DNA of 64,000 bases from Fimicolochytrium jonesii (lineage: Eukaryota): the NCBI RefSeq assembly GCF_025526975.1, contig NW_026515698.1, positions 124,001-188,000 on the forward strand, given 5' to 3'. This document shows positions 24,375 to 35,202 of the stretch, piece after piece (position 1 is the first letter of the stretch; every line of letters begins with the position of its first letter). Position numbers and translations under genes: made by a program. The notes below the pieces were generated by a model. That model saw nothing but the letters and a program-made list of their open reading frames with translations. It had not been told where the DNA came from and searched no databases.

Positions 24375-24946
24375 CCTTTAGAATTCATCTTTATCTAACC
24401 CTAAGGGCATCAACTAGCTGGGGTTGTGCTTCAATTCAAGTATTTTCGCCAAAGTTTTGAGCAAGGATAATTGGGAAAAAGTGAAACCATCATCTGCAGC
24501 TAACTCAGTCATGTACAAGAGCGGTATTCGGCTTCTTGGCTGAACTGACGGTGATATGCCAAATCCGACAAAGGTCAGGAAGAACTTGTGGCACAGCCTG
24601 TTTCGGTTTCAGAGGCCTACTGTATATAGGGAGTACAGGGCCGGGAGCGCAGAATGCCTGCAGCACGTCCGGTTTGGAGGTTCCCGGAAGATCCGGCGCG
24701 CTCCTGAAGTACGTAATACGCGCTCCGTGTGTACAGTATGTTTGCCAATTTGATCATAGCCTTCGGGCAGAGAATGCAGGGTGGAATGCGTGCGGATTTC
24801 AGGGTTGTATTTTGGATACGAGTTGTTGAGCAAGAGCAACTGCGCGGCACTAGCTCTTTATCATTTTAGAAGTGCACATGGCTCAGGTAAGGCCGACAAG
24901 GTCTATGAAAAGTTCAGATTACAAGACGTACTGTACGTGCAAACAA

Positions 24947-26607
24947 CAGTGCCGTTCATAAAGCAAGGTCGCTGTCAATCTAATTCATCGGCCCCTGGAC
25001 GCGCCTCATCTACGCCTAGTATCTAGTGAATCCTCCTCTAGCTGCTATGACTGCCGCTATACGCCAGGGCATGCTTGACACAAGGTTTTCTAGCACATCT
25101 GGCTCAATATCCTGGAATGTCTGCTGTGCAATGGCCTCTAGCTGCTCTAAAGTTGCGGGACATTGTCTATAAATGCGTTTCTTGAGAATGGACCACAGGT
25201 TTTCTATCGGGTTCAAATCCAGGCTGATCGCAGGCCAGTTTGCCTGTACCTCAATGCCATGGAGATCAAAATATCCTTCCCTGCGAGTTTTGCAATGGGG
25301 TGGAGCGTTATCCTGGGAAGAAACACTCTTAGCGTCACCGCCGATCCAAAAAGGAGAGAAACGAGGTACACTGTGATGTGGACTACCTTCCACACGGGTT
25401 GTATAACTGATGTTTGTATACAATAACTACTTTGCTGTAAGGTATTGTAGACGGACTGGGTGTTCGTCGGCTCTGCTATGCGATATGTAGTAGAAGAACT
25501 ACTTGTTGTGCATAGGAACGCGCGACGAGCACTGTTAAAGTACCCATGAGGTCGGAGTCCACTGGAGAACACTGTCTGGAAAGACCTTTCCTTGGACAGC
25601 GAAAGGTCTTTCGCTGACCTCGGGAACATGTTTCACTTAGACAGCGATACATGTTCCGCTGACGTGTCGTTCTCCAATAAGACCGGACACTCCACATTAC
25701 ATACACACCTGCATGAAAACAAAACCACGCTGCTCGCCCTGAATATCAGAGTACATGGGGATGAGATTCTCGGAGAGATATTCCTGGTATGCTTCCGAGT
25801 TGATGCGTTTACATCCAGGTAGAGGCTCAATGCGTGAGAAAGGACCTTTGATGGTGCCCACAAAACATCCCCAAAACATGATTGCTTTGCTTCTTCGTAT
25901 CCGTGGGTGCATGTTGTTCGGGATGTAGTGGCGACCCTGTCGACGTATCACCCTGGCAGATGCGCCGCTTCGAGCATCACACTGGTCTCATCACTCCAAA
26001 TGATGCGGCGCCAGTCCTCCACTGTCCAATCCTCATGCTCCTGTGCCCATGCTAGTCGTTTGCGTTTATGCTGAACTGTGAGGCGTGGCGTTCTGCAGGC
26101 AACATAACTGCGCAGGCTCATCCGCCGATAATATCGCATCATTGTGATACGGGAAATGGAAACATGCTGGGTCGCCAACACTTTGTTTGCCAGGTGTTGG
26201 AAGGGCTGAAAACGGTTGGACAGATTGGAGAACAATAAGGCTCTGAGGTATCTGCGCTCTCGGTTGTTGCGGGCGAATTTTGGTGGCCTCCCCGGTGACT
26301 TTTTGGTGGAGAGGGCAGCCTCGCCATTGCGGCGAAAATTCTGCAGTGTGCGGCGTACGGTTCATTCCGAGACTTCTTGCTGTGCTGCAATAAGCACTGA
26401 TGACACTCCATTCTGTGCGAGAGCCACAATGGTGCTTCTCTGAGCAAAGCTGAGGGGTCTGGGCATGGTGCCCAGCCAGATGGCGAGAATGTGTTGTGCA
26501 TGCATTTCCAATCTCGACGCTCGGGTTGTCCGGAGCGTCCGGCCGACGCGGTCGAGCACTTCTGTGACGCCACTGTCAAATGCGGTCTTGCTTTATGAAC
26601 GGCACTG
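24947..26607 (-). mobile_element. Full-length (1661 bp) Tc1-family DNA transposon, inactive
   Basis: Perfect 21-bp TIR CAGTGCCGTTCATAAAGCAAG at 24947-24967 and inverted at 26587-26607. TA at the right flank, AA at the left flank. Transposase lies inside. Confidence 0.93.
25016..26466 (-). pseudogene. Tc1-like DD35E transposase pseudogene with a 396-nt GT-AG intron
   Basis: HTH and 'GRPPK'; 'WTVEDWRRIIWSDET', 'MFWGCF', 'FVFMQ|DNAPPH', 'WPAISLDLNPIENLWSILK' and 'ARGGFTRY*'. In-frame TGA at 26362-26364 (SE*TVRR), frameshift near 25950, intron 25313-25708. Confidence 0.9.
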
Positions 26608-26861
26608 TAGTACAATGACCATGACTCGAGTCCAACTCACTCGGGAGTTCGGCAAATATCTTCGCATCGTCAGTCCGCCAAATACGTCGTAAATGGTAGC
26701 AACGGCTTTATGTAAACAGGCTTTGTGCGATGTATATGTACAACTGGAAGTGAAGGGAAATTCTTTCATGCTCTTCTAGGAGCATAGGTCCTATTGCGGC
26801 TGCAAAAATAGGCGACACCAGCGGGCACCACATAATCCTGAATATAAATGAGTTTAGGCCT

Positions 26862-27901
26862 CTAACGAAACATACGACGGCGATACTGCATAGCTTCCAT
26901 AAACAAATTCTCGACCAAGCCCCAGTACAAGGGCGGGTCCCTGAGCATGTGCCGTACATGGGGCGTATTTTTCCAGTTCTTCGTCACAACGTGAGCATCT
27001 GGATGAAGCCGGGAGGCCATAACTGCGCTTGATTCAATGGCTCGATACAGGACCATTTGATCCGCTTCAGAATACTGATAAAGGCGTGGCGGCGGAGGAG
27101 GAAGAGGTGGCGTTGTTTTGCATGGCGTACGCACGGATCGGTGGACACCAAATCGAGCAGGATCCAGCAACGCTTTCTGGGATAGTTGACTGAAGTCAGC
27201 AGGGGCAAAAGGCAGCGAGTGATATAACTTGGTGGCAGTTAGGCCAAGATAAAGAAATGCGAGATAGGCAATCCGCATGAACGGGTTGCGAATGGGGGCT
27301 GCAAATGCAGCAGCCGCCGTCGAGACGGTGAAGCGCCCTGGGCAAGAGTCAAGAACAATGCCTCCGGTTGGAATTCCTTTCCCATTCGAGACTTTCTGAA
27401 CGTAATCTGTGAACTGGGTCCAGGCTCGCGCTCCACCGTCTGAGAAAATGTGTATGAAAACCGCGGTATCCCGGTGACCGTCGCCGTCTTCTCCCGCTGT
27501 GGCCACAGAGGAATGCTCCCTCACTCGGATGTCGCTCTTTTCCAAGGCTGATACAACGGCTTCATTTACGCGAATAGTGGTGGACCGGGACTGCAACCAG
27601 TCTTTCTGCTGGGACAGAACGAGGACGACAGGGAGTTGCTTGGAGGTTAAGTACCAGTGAACGTAGCGTTGTAGTTGCCGGAGTGTCCCGTCCATCCAAC
27701 CTACGAATCCAGGGCATGGGTAAGTGGTTAGCTTAGCTGTTCTCAGGTCTCTCAGGTCAAAGGGAAGGGCTACGTACCAAAAATTAGAACCGCACGGATA
27801 GGGGACTTTGTGGCATCTTTTGTGCTAGACGTCAACTCGTCAGACCCACTCGTTGGCTCGAATAGCCACACGCCGCTGGCAACCAGCTTCGGCTTGTCCA
27901 T
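26862..27901 (-). CDS. DUF829 / TMEM53-like alpha/beta-hydrolase-fold protein
   Basis: 'AVLIFG|WMDGTLRQLQRYVHWY', 'IHIFSDGG', 'GIVLDSCPG', 'PRLYQYSEADQMV' and 'WKNTPHVRHM'. One intron at about 27701-27777. Confidence 0.85.
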
Positions 27902-28001
27902 CCTGTTCACAGGGTGATGAGTCGTAGAAACGAAACGCTAGTAGAGGGGCAACGGTCGTCAGATTCGGTAAAAGCCCAGCGGCGCGTTCCATTTCTAAGC
28001 A

Positions 28002-28857
28002 CAGTCAAGTCTCAGTTGACGGAAATTCAGTTGAAGGAAATTTCAGTTGACGGAAGAGGCAGCCTATATATACAGCCACGCCCAAAAGAGCCGCGCCGTA
28101 GAGCCTTCCAAACCTTCACCATCTCAAAGCATTTCACAGGCATGTTGCCCTCCCGAACTCCGAAAAAGTGCAATAAGAAACCCAGAGTCCTTCTGCCACT
28201 CAGTCAACAGCGTGAAGTGCTTCAGCAACTTGAAAATGGTGTCAAACCTTCAACCCTAGCCCGCAATCTTGGCGTGGCTCCCAGTACCGTCACCAGAATC
28301 CGCCAACGAGGACCCAACATAATACCCCTGTCCAAAATACCCCTGTCATATAGCCTTTTCCCACTCCCATTTAGCGATATTCTTCTGCTGTCAATATACC
28401 TTTTTGTCACGGAAGTTCTCACCACCCAGGACCTCTGTTCAGCTTTGGAAATTTGGGCATAGGTTCTCTCTGTACAGTTGCAATCCCTTTTTATGACAAG
28501 GAGAGATGAAGAGAGCCACCGGCCACCTTCTGCGGTGCGGCGAAACCTTCTGCCATTTCCAAAAAGCAATGGCAGAATGCCACCCCCACCAAAAGTCAAG
28601 CTAACAATCACGCCTGGCTGTGCCGGCAGTGGTCATAGCTCTTCTAGTAGCAGAGGGCAACAGTGCCATTGCATTCTGTGGCAAAAAGTTTGGCAATTGC
28701 GAAGGATCTTGGCAGTGAGAATGAAGAGAACGACCGTTCTCCCGAGCTACCCAATTCTAACGCGAGTTACCCACTTCTAGTCACGCTCTCTGTTCAGTTG
28801 GCAGAAAATTCAGTTGGCGGAAAGGCCAAACCCTTTCCGTCAACTGAGACTTGACTG
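28002..28857 (+). mobile_element. Internally deleted pogo/Tigger-like DNA transposon (856 bp) retaining the N-terminal CENP-B-type HTH
   Basis: Perfect 24-bp TIR CAGTCAAGTCTCAGTTGACGGAAA at 28002-28025 and 28834-28857. Subterminal repeats cagttg(a/g)n(g/a)gaa at 28013-28056 and about 28794-28823. ORF segment 'KKPRVLLPLSQQREVLQQLENGVKPSTLARNLGVAPSTVTRIRQR'. Confidence 0.88.
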
Positions 28858-29093
28858 CATTTGGTGTCCCGGCCGGGCTTGGGTGGCTTGGCAATGCCTG
28901 CGCTGCGGTGTGCCCCTATCACCCCCTCCCCTGGAACCTTGTGGACCAGCTGGCTTTCCCAACTACCCGCAATACCATATTACGTGCGACTTTAGAGAAC
29001 GTACTGTTGGCCACATTGGCATTCCGGTTCTCCTACGTTTGTTTCAGCAGCGGCTACTCCATATCTCTTTGATTGCGATTCGTTTTGCTCGAG

Positions 29094-29167
29094 GTGGTGG
29101 ATGTTCAGAGTTTTCGACGTTCTAATTTGCTTGCGGTGGAACGTCGAAAACTCTGAACATCCACCAC
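29094..29167. repeat. Perfect 29-bp inverted repeat with 16-nt loop
   Basis: gtggtggatgttcagagttttcgacgttc (29094-29122) and gaacgtcgaaaactctgaacatccaccac (29139-29167). Confidence 0.95.
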
Positions 29168-29173
29168 GGTTCC

Positions 29174-30400
29174 TTGGGCCACTGGACTTACGCTGTCGAC
29201 AGCACGAGCATCTCGACGCTGTCCAGAAAACTACGTGACAGATTTCAACTCGTCGACGGCCCGACCTGTTTGTACCCGCTGTCTAAGCCTCCCCCCAATC
29301 GAGCTCTGAAGGACGGAGCGGGGCCGCTTTCGTTTGATTCGGCTGACTTGTTCGGCATGTTGGAAGACGGGGGCACATATTCGATAGAGTGAGTCCTTGC
29401 TGGAATGGCAGCGTCTTCGAATCTCACCGTCTTGACCCTCATTTCTCTAATGCCAGCGAGGAAGTATTCACCTTCCAGTTTCAAGTGAGTCCGTCGTCAC
29501 CGGTCTCTGTGATAGACGTCCCGGAACCCAGTTCTGCGAGGTCCACCCTGCTTGAAAGCACGAAGAAGGCGATGTTGGAAAGTTATCGGCTCGCTCCGGA
29601 CGTATCCTGCGAATTGAAGGCCAAGCAACCGTTCGGCAATGGCACGGTTGACATCATCATAGCCGACGATAATGCGTTGAGAACTGCGGGAATACAAAAC
29701 CTCAGGCTGCGGTTGGTTGTTGACAGTAGGTTCCACGTTCGGCGATGTTATCCGGTTATGTGTATTGCTGATTTTCCTGCTTGTTGTAGGAGATGCGCGC
29801 TTCGTATCTGGTGCTGAAGTGGGAGTGCGTAACGTCGTTGAGCTCGCGGTGAAGATGATTATGATCTACGGTTATCCAAGCCCCGCGCCCACCCGTGCGC
29901 TCAAACGCTTGGCAGATGAGACAGAGAAGCCAGGTTGGATGTCTCAAATGTTTCAGGATATAGGCGTTCCTCCTCATAAAAGTGAAACGTAGCTTGGATT
30001 GACTTTCGGCTTCTTCCGCTCAAAACCGTTCTCAGACAAAGGTTCTGGAATGAGATGAATCAAGCTTACCAGGACATCTCAGCACAAGTTATGCACATTC
30101 AGTTCGATCAATTAATGCCGGAGTGGGACGACATCGACATTCACGAAACTGTCGAGTAAGACAAACCGTTGTGCGCTCCCCAGATTGACATGGAATTAAC
30201 TTCGATATTGCTAGGGTTCTGTCTCCTCGGCGAACTACGATCCGAGATGCGCACACCAACGCCACGCGCACCTCGCGCGACATAATTAAGTGGCTTCGAA
30301 GGAAGGGTTTGAATGAAAACCTCGTCATGTCGGTTTTCTACCTCAGTAAGGCCCACTTTTCTACCCGCTGATGTTCTTGTCCTTTCATAGTAATCCGTCA
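29174..30400 (+). pseudogene. Possible decayed protein-coding gene of unknown family
   Basis: Successive short protein-like ORFs (29174-29392, 29389-29817, 29717-29992) broken by stops, with plausible splice sites. No family recognised. Confidence 0.25.
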
Positions 30401-30576
30401 TCGTTCTTACAGAGTCGCTTCTCCGACAAGGAGGGACAGCAGCTGATCTTGAGCATGGCGTGGATCAGGAGACTGGCCGACCGAAATACCTATTGCCGCC
30501 AAATTTCGATCAGTTGACTCACCAGGAACTTTATCGCGGGATGTGTGGACAAGTTCCCGCACTGAAGCAATGGGTA

Positions 30577-30684
30577 CAGCAGCGCTTAATGTCCTTGTAC
30601 ACGCAAACGGCTGTGGACTGGCCTCAGCAATGAATGCGTGGCTGTGTTCTCAGTGTACTGTACAAGGACATTAAGCGCTGCTAG
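30577..30684. mobile_element. About 108-bp Tc1/mariner-type MITE
   Basis: Perfect 24-bp inverted repeat agcagcgcttaatgtccttgtaca (30578-30601 and 30659-30682). Flanked as TA|CAG... and ...CT(A)G|TA (TA at 30575-76 and 30685-86). Confidence 0.7.
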
Positions 30685-31168
30685 TAGGGCCTTTGAATTT
30701 TTGGGGGCACGGAGTTTACACACAAAAGCATTCGTGACCTATTTCTGCGACTGCGTACTTTGGGCCGATGTGGAGGCCTAAGCCCTTTTTTTGTCTAGCA
30801 TTTTAGATGAGTTAGAGTTCAATTATGCTCTGGACGAGGAACGTAGTTCATGAGTTCAATGGATGAGGAGAAGGTTAGGCTTGTGGCCAGCCTTGTGCAG
30901 TAGGACTAGGTAGTACTGTACTAACGGAAGAAAGGGGAGGAGAAGGACGCGTTCCAGCAACACAACATTCTCCCCCGATCACCTCCATCCTTCCCCCAGT
31001 TCAACCAAAACCCCCACCCGAGCACGGCGTCCCACCACCCACCGGGGTCCCGTCAGCATCCCACCACTCAGCGCCCATCTGCGCAACGGTCCGCCCACAC
31101 CCACAGCACCGCCCTCCACTCACGTCATCCCAAGTGCATTCGACCACGACAGTCGCCCCGACACACAA

Positions 31169-32104
31169 ATGGGCCTCCTAACAGTCCTCAAAAAACTCAA
31201 GCAGAAAGAAAAAGAAATCCGGATCCTTATCCTGTAAGCCCCCCGTCCGACTCGTCACATTTAGCTAAAAAGATGTATCAACTGCGATTCGTGTGATTCG
31301 ATTAGGGGACTAGACAATGCAGGCAAGACAACGATCCTGAAACGCATCACCGGCGAGAGCATAAGCGGCGTCAGCCCGACGCTCGGGTTCAATATCAAGA
31401 CGGTCGCTTTCCGCGGGTATGGTTGCTCATCAACCCCATCCCCAATTCCACTGCCCCCCGTGAATACCCACCCTTTCATGATATCTGACGAAACCTTCAT
31501 ACCTTCATGATTTCTGATGAAAAATCCATTTAGGTATAAACTGAACATCTGGGACATCGGCGGGCAGAAGAGCATCCGGAGTTATTGGCGGAACTATTTT
31601 GAGCAGACGGACGCGGTCGTGTGGGTCGTTGATAGTGCGGACCGGGTCGAGCGGTTTGAGGGGTGTAGGGAGGAGTTGGGGGGCGTGTTGGGTGAGGAGG
31701 TGAGTTGGGAGCGAGAACCTCCTGGCGAGCATTGTCAAGCCGAGCGGGTGGCGTCGGCGAAAAGCGAAAGGAGCCGCTAAAGGGGTTTTTGAGGGGACTT
31801 GAGCGAAACGAAACGAAAAGGGAACAGAGGGGGCTCACAGAACGGTGTGTTGATACATGACATCCCTCCTTTTTTTTTCCTCACACAGAGATTAGCAGGC
31901 GCAACTCTCCTCATCTACGCCAACAAGCAAGACATTCCGGGCGCGTTAACCCCCACCGCCATCGCCGATCTGTTGGATCTGCAGAGCATCAAGACGCATC
32001 ATTGGGAGATTGTCGCGTGCAGCGCTGTCACCGGGAAGGGCGTTGGGGAGGGGTTGGAGTGGGTTGTGGCGGATGTGGGGGGGCGGATATATATGTTGGA
32101 TTAG
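31169..32104 (+). CDS. ARL2: ADP-ribosylation factor-like GTPase 2
   Basis: [31 protein letters not shown]...PTLGFNIKT...[21 protein letters not shown]...|[15 protein letters not shown]...CSAVTG; 3 introns, the last at 31700-31888. Confidence 0.95.
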
Positions 32105-32800
32105 CGGGCGGGGGGGCAGGGGGACTGGGAGGGGGGAGGTGGAACACTTTCCCGCGAATTCGACGGCTTGTGCACGCGGGGCCGATTCATGCTTCGTGGC
32201 ATCACCGCCCACGCAACACAGAGAGCCGGCACTGTTGTTTGGTTTTCTTCGGGGCGTCTTCCCCGTCCGTCGTCAGACCGACCGACCCCCGTGCACATGG
32301 AAACAGCCCACAGATGCATGCATGCGGTTCGGGATTCCGACGGCCCGGCCCGGGTTCGTCTATGCGTCTTATTGGACGTCGAAGGGGTTTACCCACGGTG
32401 CAAGGGATTCTCGCACGCAATCTGGGGTTCGGGGATGGTGGTGGGATCGGAAAACAAGCACGCGCGGTGCCTTTTTTGCGTCTACCGCGTCGTGTGAGAC
32501 GGGATGCCGGAAGATGGAGGGAGAATGCCCAACGGGCGTACTAGACAGTGCGAGATACCTGAATGGTGGATAACCACCGCGAGCGGCCTTTCTGATATGT
32601 GCCCCTGCGGTCGGGGGGGTTTGGGATTATCATAACAACACAGAACACACTTCTTGTGTGATACGAGCGGTCTCACCTTGCATGAAAAAGCGTGTATTGT
32701 AATACCCATCCTCCGCACTGCACTGTACATCACATACATATCCCCTTCCCAAAAAATTATATACGATTCCCATGCCATCCACGGCAAACTGATCCACAAA

Positions 32801-33813
32801 TCACTTCCTCCGCTTATTCCCCGCCTCAGGCTCCTCAAGCGAACCCCCATCCCCTATCTGCCCGTACTCCCTCTTGCTCGTTGCACCGTTCTCCAACATC
32901 TGCTGGTTCGTCATGGGCTCCTCCGCATCACCGTCGTCATCTCCGTCGGAGTCGGAGGGATTGTCGTCGGGATCCTGCGAGCGGTTACCGGCGGAGGTGG
33001 TGGTGCGCGCTTTGAAGTTGCGTTTGTATTCCTGGCGTTTTTCTTTTGCTTTTTGTTGGAATTCTGAGGGAACAGCCCCGAGAGGGGTGGGAGTGAGGGT
33101 GTGTGAGTGGGGTGTGGTGAGGTTGGGATGGGCCAATTGTAATGGGGCGATGTGATAGCCCCTGCTCGCTCTCCGCTCGCGATCAGGGGAGTTCCGGAAA
33201 ATCCCAATGTGAGGAGAACGATGGCTCGCTATCGCTCCGCAAACCGCTCGCTTCACTTCAGCTCCAAGGGCTCCCTAACGCTTGCCAACTCCCGCTCAAA
33301 CCCATCCTCTCCAAGCGACCCTCCCACCCTCCACCCATCCCGCTACTCTCCACTTTCCCCTTTCTCAACACCTCCCCAAATCCCACCACCTACCCTGAAC
33401 AGCAACCTTGATCATCGGCGCAAACTGATCAAACTCGAGGATAGTCAGTGCCCTAAAGACGTCATTGGAAGTGATGGATTTGCGGTCGTTGGATTTCGTC
33501 ACGTCCAGGGCTGTTGCTGTTAGGTAGCTTATAAAAACTAAATGAGATCGCGGGGGGTGAGATGTTGAATCCGGGGTGTAAGGAGGTGCGTGTTCTTGGG
33601 CCCTTACCCGTGCAGGCTTTTGTCATTGCGGCTTTTGCGTCCTTTTGCACTTGGGCGCCGTCTGGGAGCTGTAGAAAGGAAAGGAAGGGAGGGGATGAGG
33701 TTTGAGTGTTGGGGAGTGTGAGGGGGAATAGGTGTGGGGCTGGTACGCACAGCACCCTTGATGACTCTGCTGATGATGGAGCGGGGGAGGTCGATATCTT
33801 CTATGGACGTCAT
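32801..33813 (-). CDS. DPB4: DNA polymerase epsilon subunit D / CHRAC17 histone-fold protein
   Basis: MTSIEDIDLPRSIISRVIKGA|LPDGAQVQKDAKAAMTKACT|VFISYLTATALDVTKSNDRKSITSNDVFRALTILEF... with an acidic tail; last intron 33064-33393. Confidence 0.88.
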
Positions 33814-35202
33814 TTTGGAGCGAGGGGTTGTTGTATTACGTGGCACTTGCTGGGACGTTGAGGGTGGGTTTGACTGGGTGCCAGCTGAGAAGGGATGTCC
33901 GTTGGTTGTTGCACCCTTTTGGACGTGAGTAAGTATTGCAAACCACTTGAATGGATTCCGTTCGAGGTTGTGCTTACTAAGCTTCTTTTCTTTCACTCGA
34001 GCGATACTTCTACATAATTGAATCTACACTAGGGCTCGTGCCCGCCGCTACGCCGCGGAAAATGTTTTCAAATTGCAATAGTCAGAAAGGATAAGGAAGC
34101 GTAGAAGCGTAGAAGGCTATGAAAGGCGCAGAAGGCTATGAGTCTGCCCGGAAGTTGGGGCATCCCGCCAGAGTGGAAAAGGGAAATGCTGCCGCGGGTC
34201 GACATCTCAAGGGCAAAACATGCTCCATTTCCTTTTTCCTCCACCACATCCATACAGAAACAGCAAGCGTCCTGCATCAACGAATCCTTGCAGGCCGGTT
34301 GTCTACTCCAGATAACGAGCACATGCTAATCTGATGCGCCAAGCCCCGAGGCGCGGAAGGATTGGTAGCAGTCCTCTGACGTGACGGTCTCCCAGTTGCA
34401 TTCGGGTCGGTGGTAACGTTGGCTTTGATTGCCCCAGAAGCGGTATTGGGAGTGTTTTGTTTTGCCGGCAGATTTTGCATTTGAGACTTTTGCTCCATGG
34501 GCGTTGTGTAAGGTGTTCTATTCTCTTATGCCCATCTTTATAGACCTGAATGAATTGAAGAGGAAGGACACTGCGAAGCACACACTTGCATTCATGACCT
34601 GCTTAGTTCTCAATCCAACCCCTCCTCCCACTACCTACAAAAACCAGGAAATGAAATATGTATACAGAACGATGGCCCGTTCACAACCCTCACCCGCCCT
34701 GCCCACATCGAAATCGTGCGGCGAGCTTCCCAGAGCTATGGTGCCGAGGTCATGAAACATTCCAGATGTGGGGCGTCATCTCCCGCCGCGGGAATACTGT
34801 ACATCCCATCCCCAACAGAGTTCCCCCATTTCCTCCCTTCCCTTCGCAATGTTATCTGTAGTTCGTTTCTTCATTTCTCTCCTCTTCCGCTGCCATGAAC
34901 CATCCGACGATCCTCATCCGACGATCCTCAGCCGCTCGTGGACGGTGGTGGTAGTGCGCGCGAGAAATGGTAGACGCCCCGCTGTATCGGTAATAAATAG
35001 AATTGGTGTTGAACAAACCCGGGTGTATCGAGGGTAAGTTGTCGATATTATGTGTTTGTGAGGGATGTTGTATGGGTTTGGGCGGGCACGGCGCCGGCAT
35101 GTGTGGGAGTCCGGTGTTTGCGTGTTGTCGGATGAGTGATGAAGGCGGTCAACATAGGAGTTCGGAAGTGGTTGATGGCCCAGCGGCGTTCTTGGGGATC
35201 GT

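Noticed and set aside
28013..28056. Short repeats as a CRISPR-like array
   Set aside because: No unique spacers; they are subterminal repeats of the pogo-like element, in a eukaryotic context.
30876..30910. Short hairpin (aggct...agcct) followed by CTAG, like a Helitron 3' end bounding the island
   Set aside because: Stem is only 5 bp, CTAG is followed by G rather than T, and no 5' TC end or Rep/Hel ORF was found.
34053..34072. E2F-like (TTTTCCGCGG) and CHR-like (TTTGAA) motifs upstream of DPB4
   Set aside because: Single imperfect short matches; plausible for an S-phase gene but not supportable without conservation data.
34100..35150. Possible gene between DPB4 and RPB5
   Set aside because: Only short ORFs with no recognisable motif or consistent exon chain.
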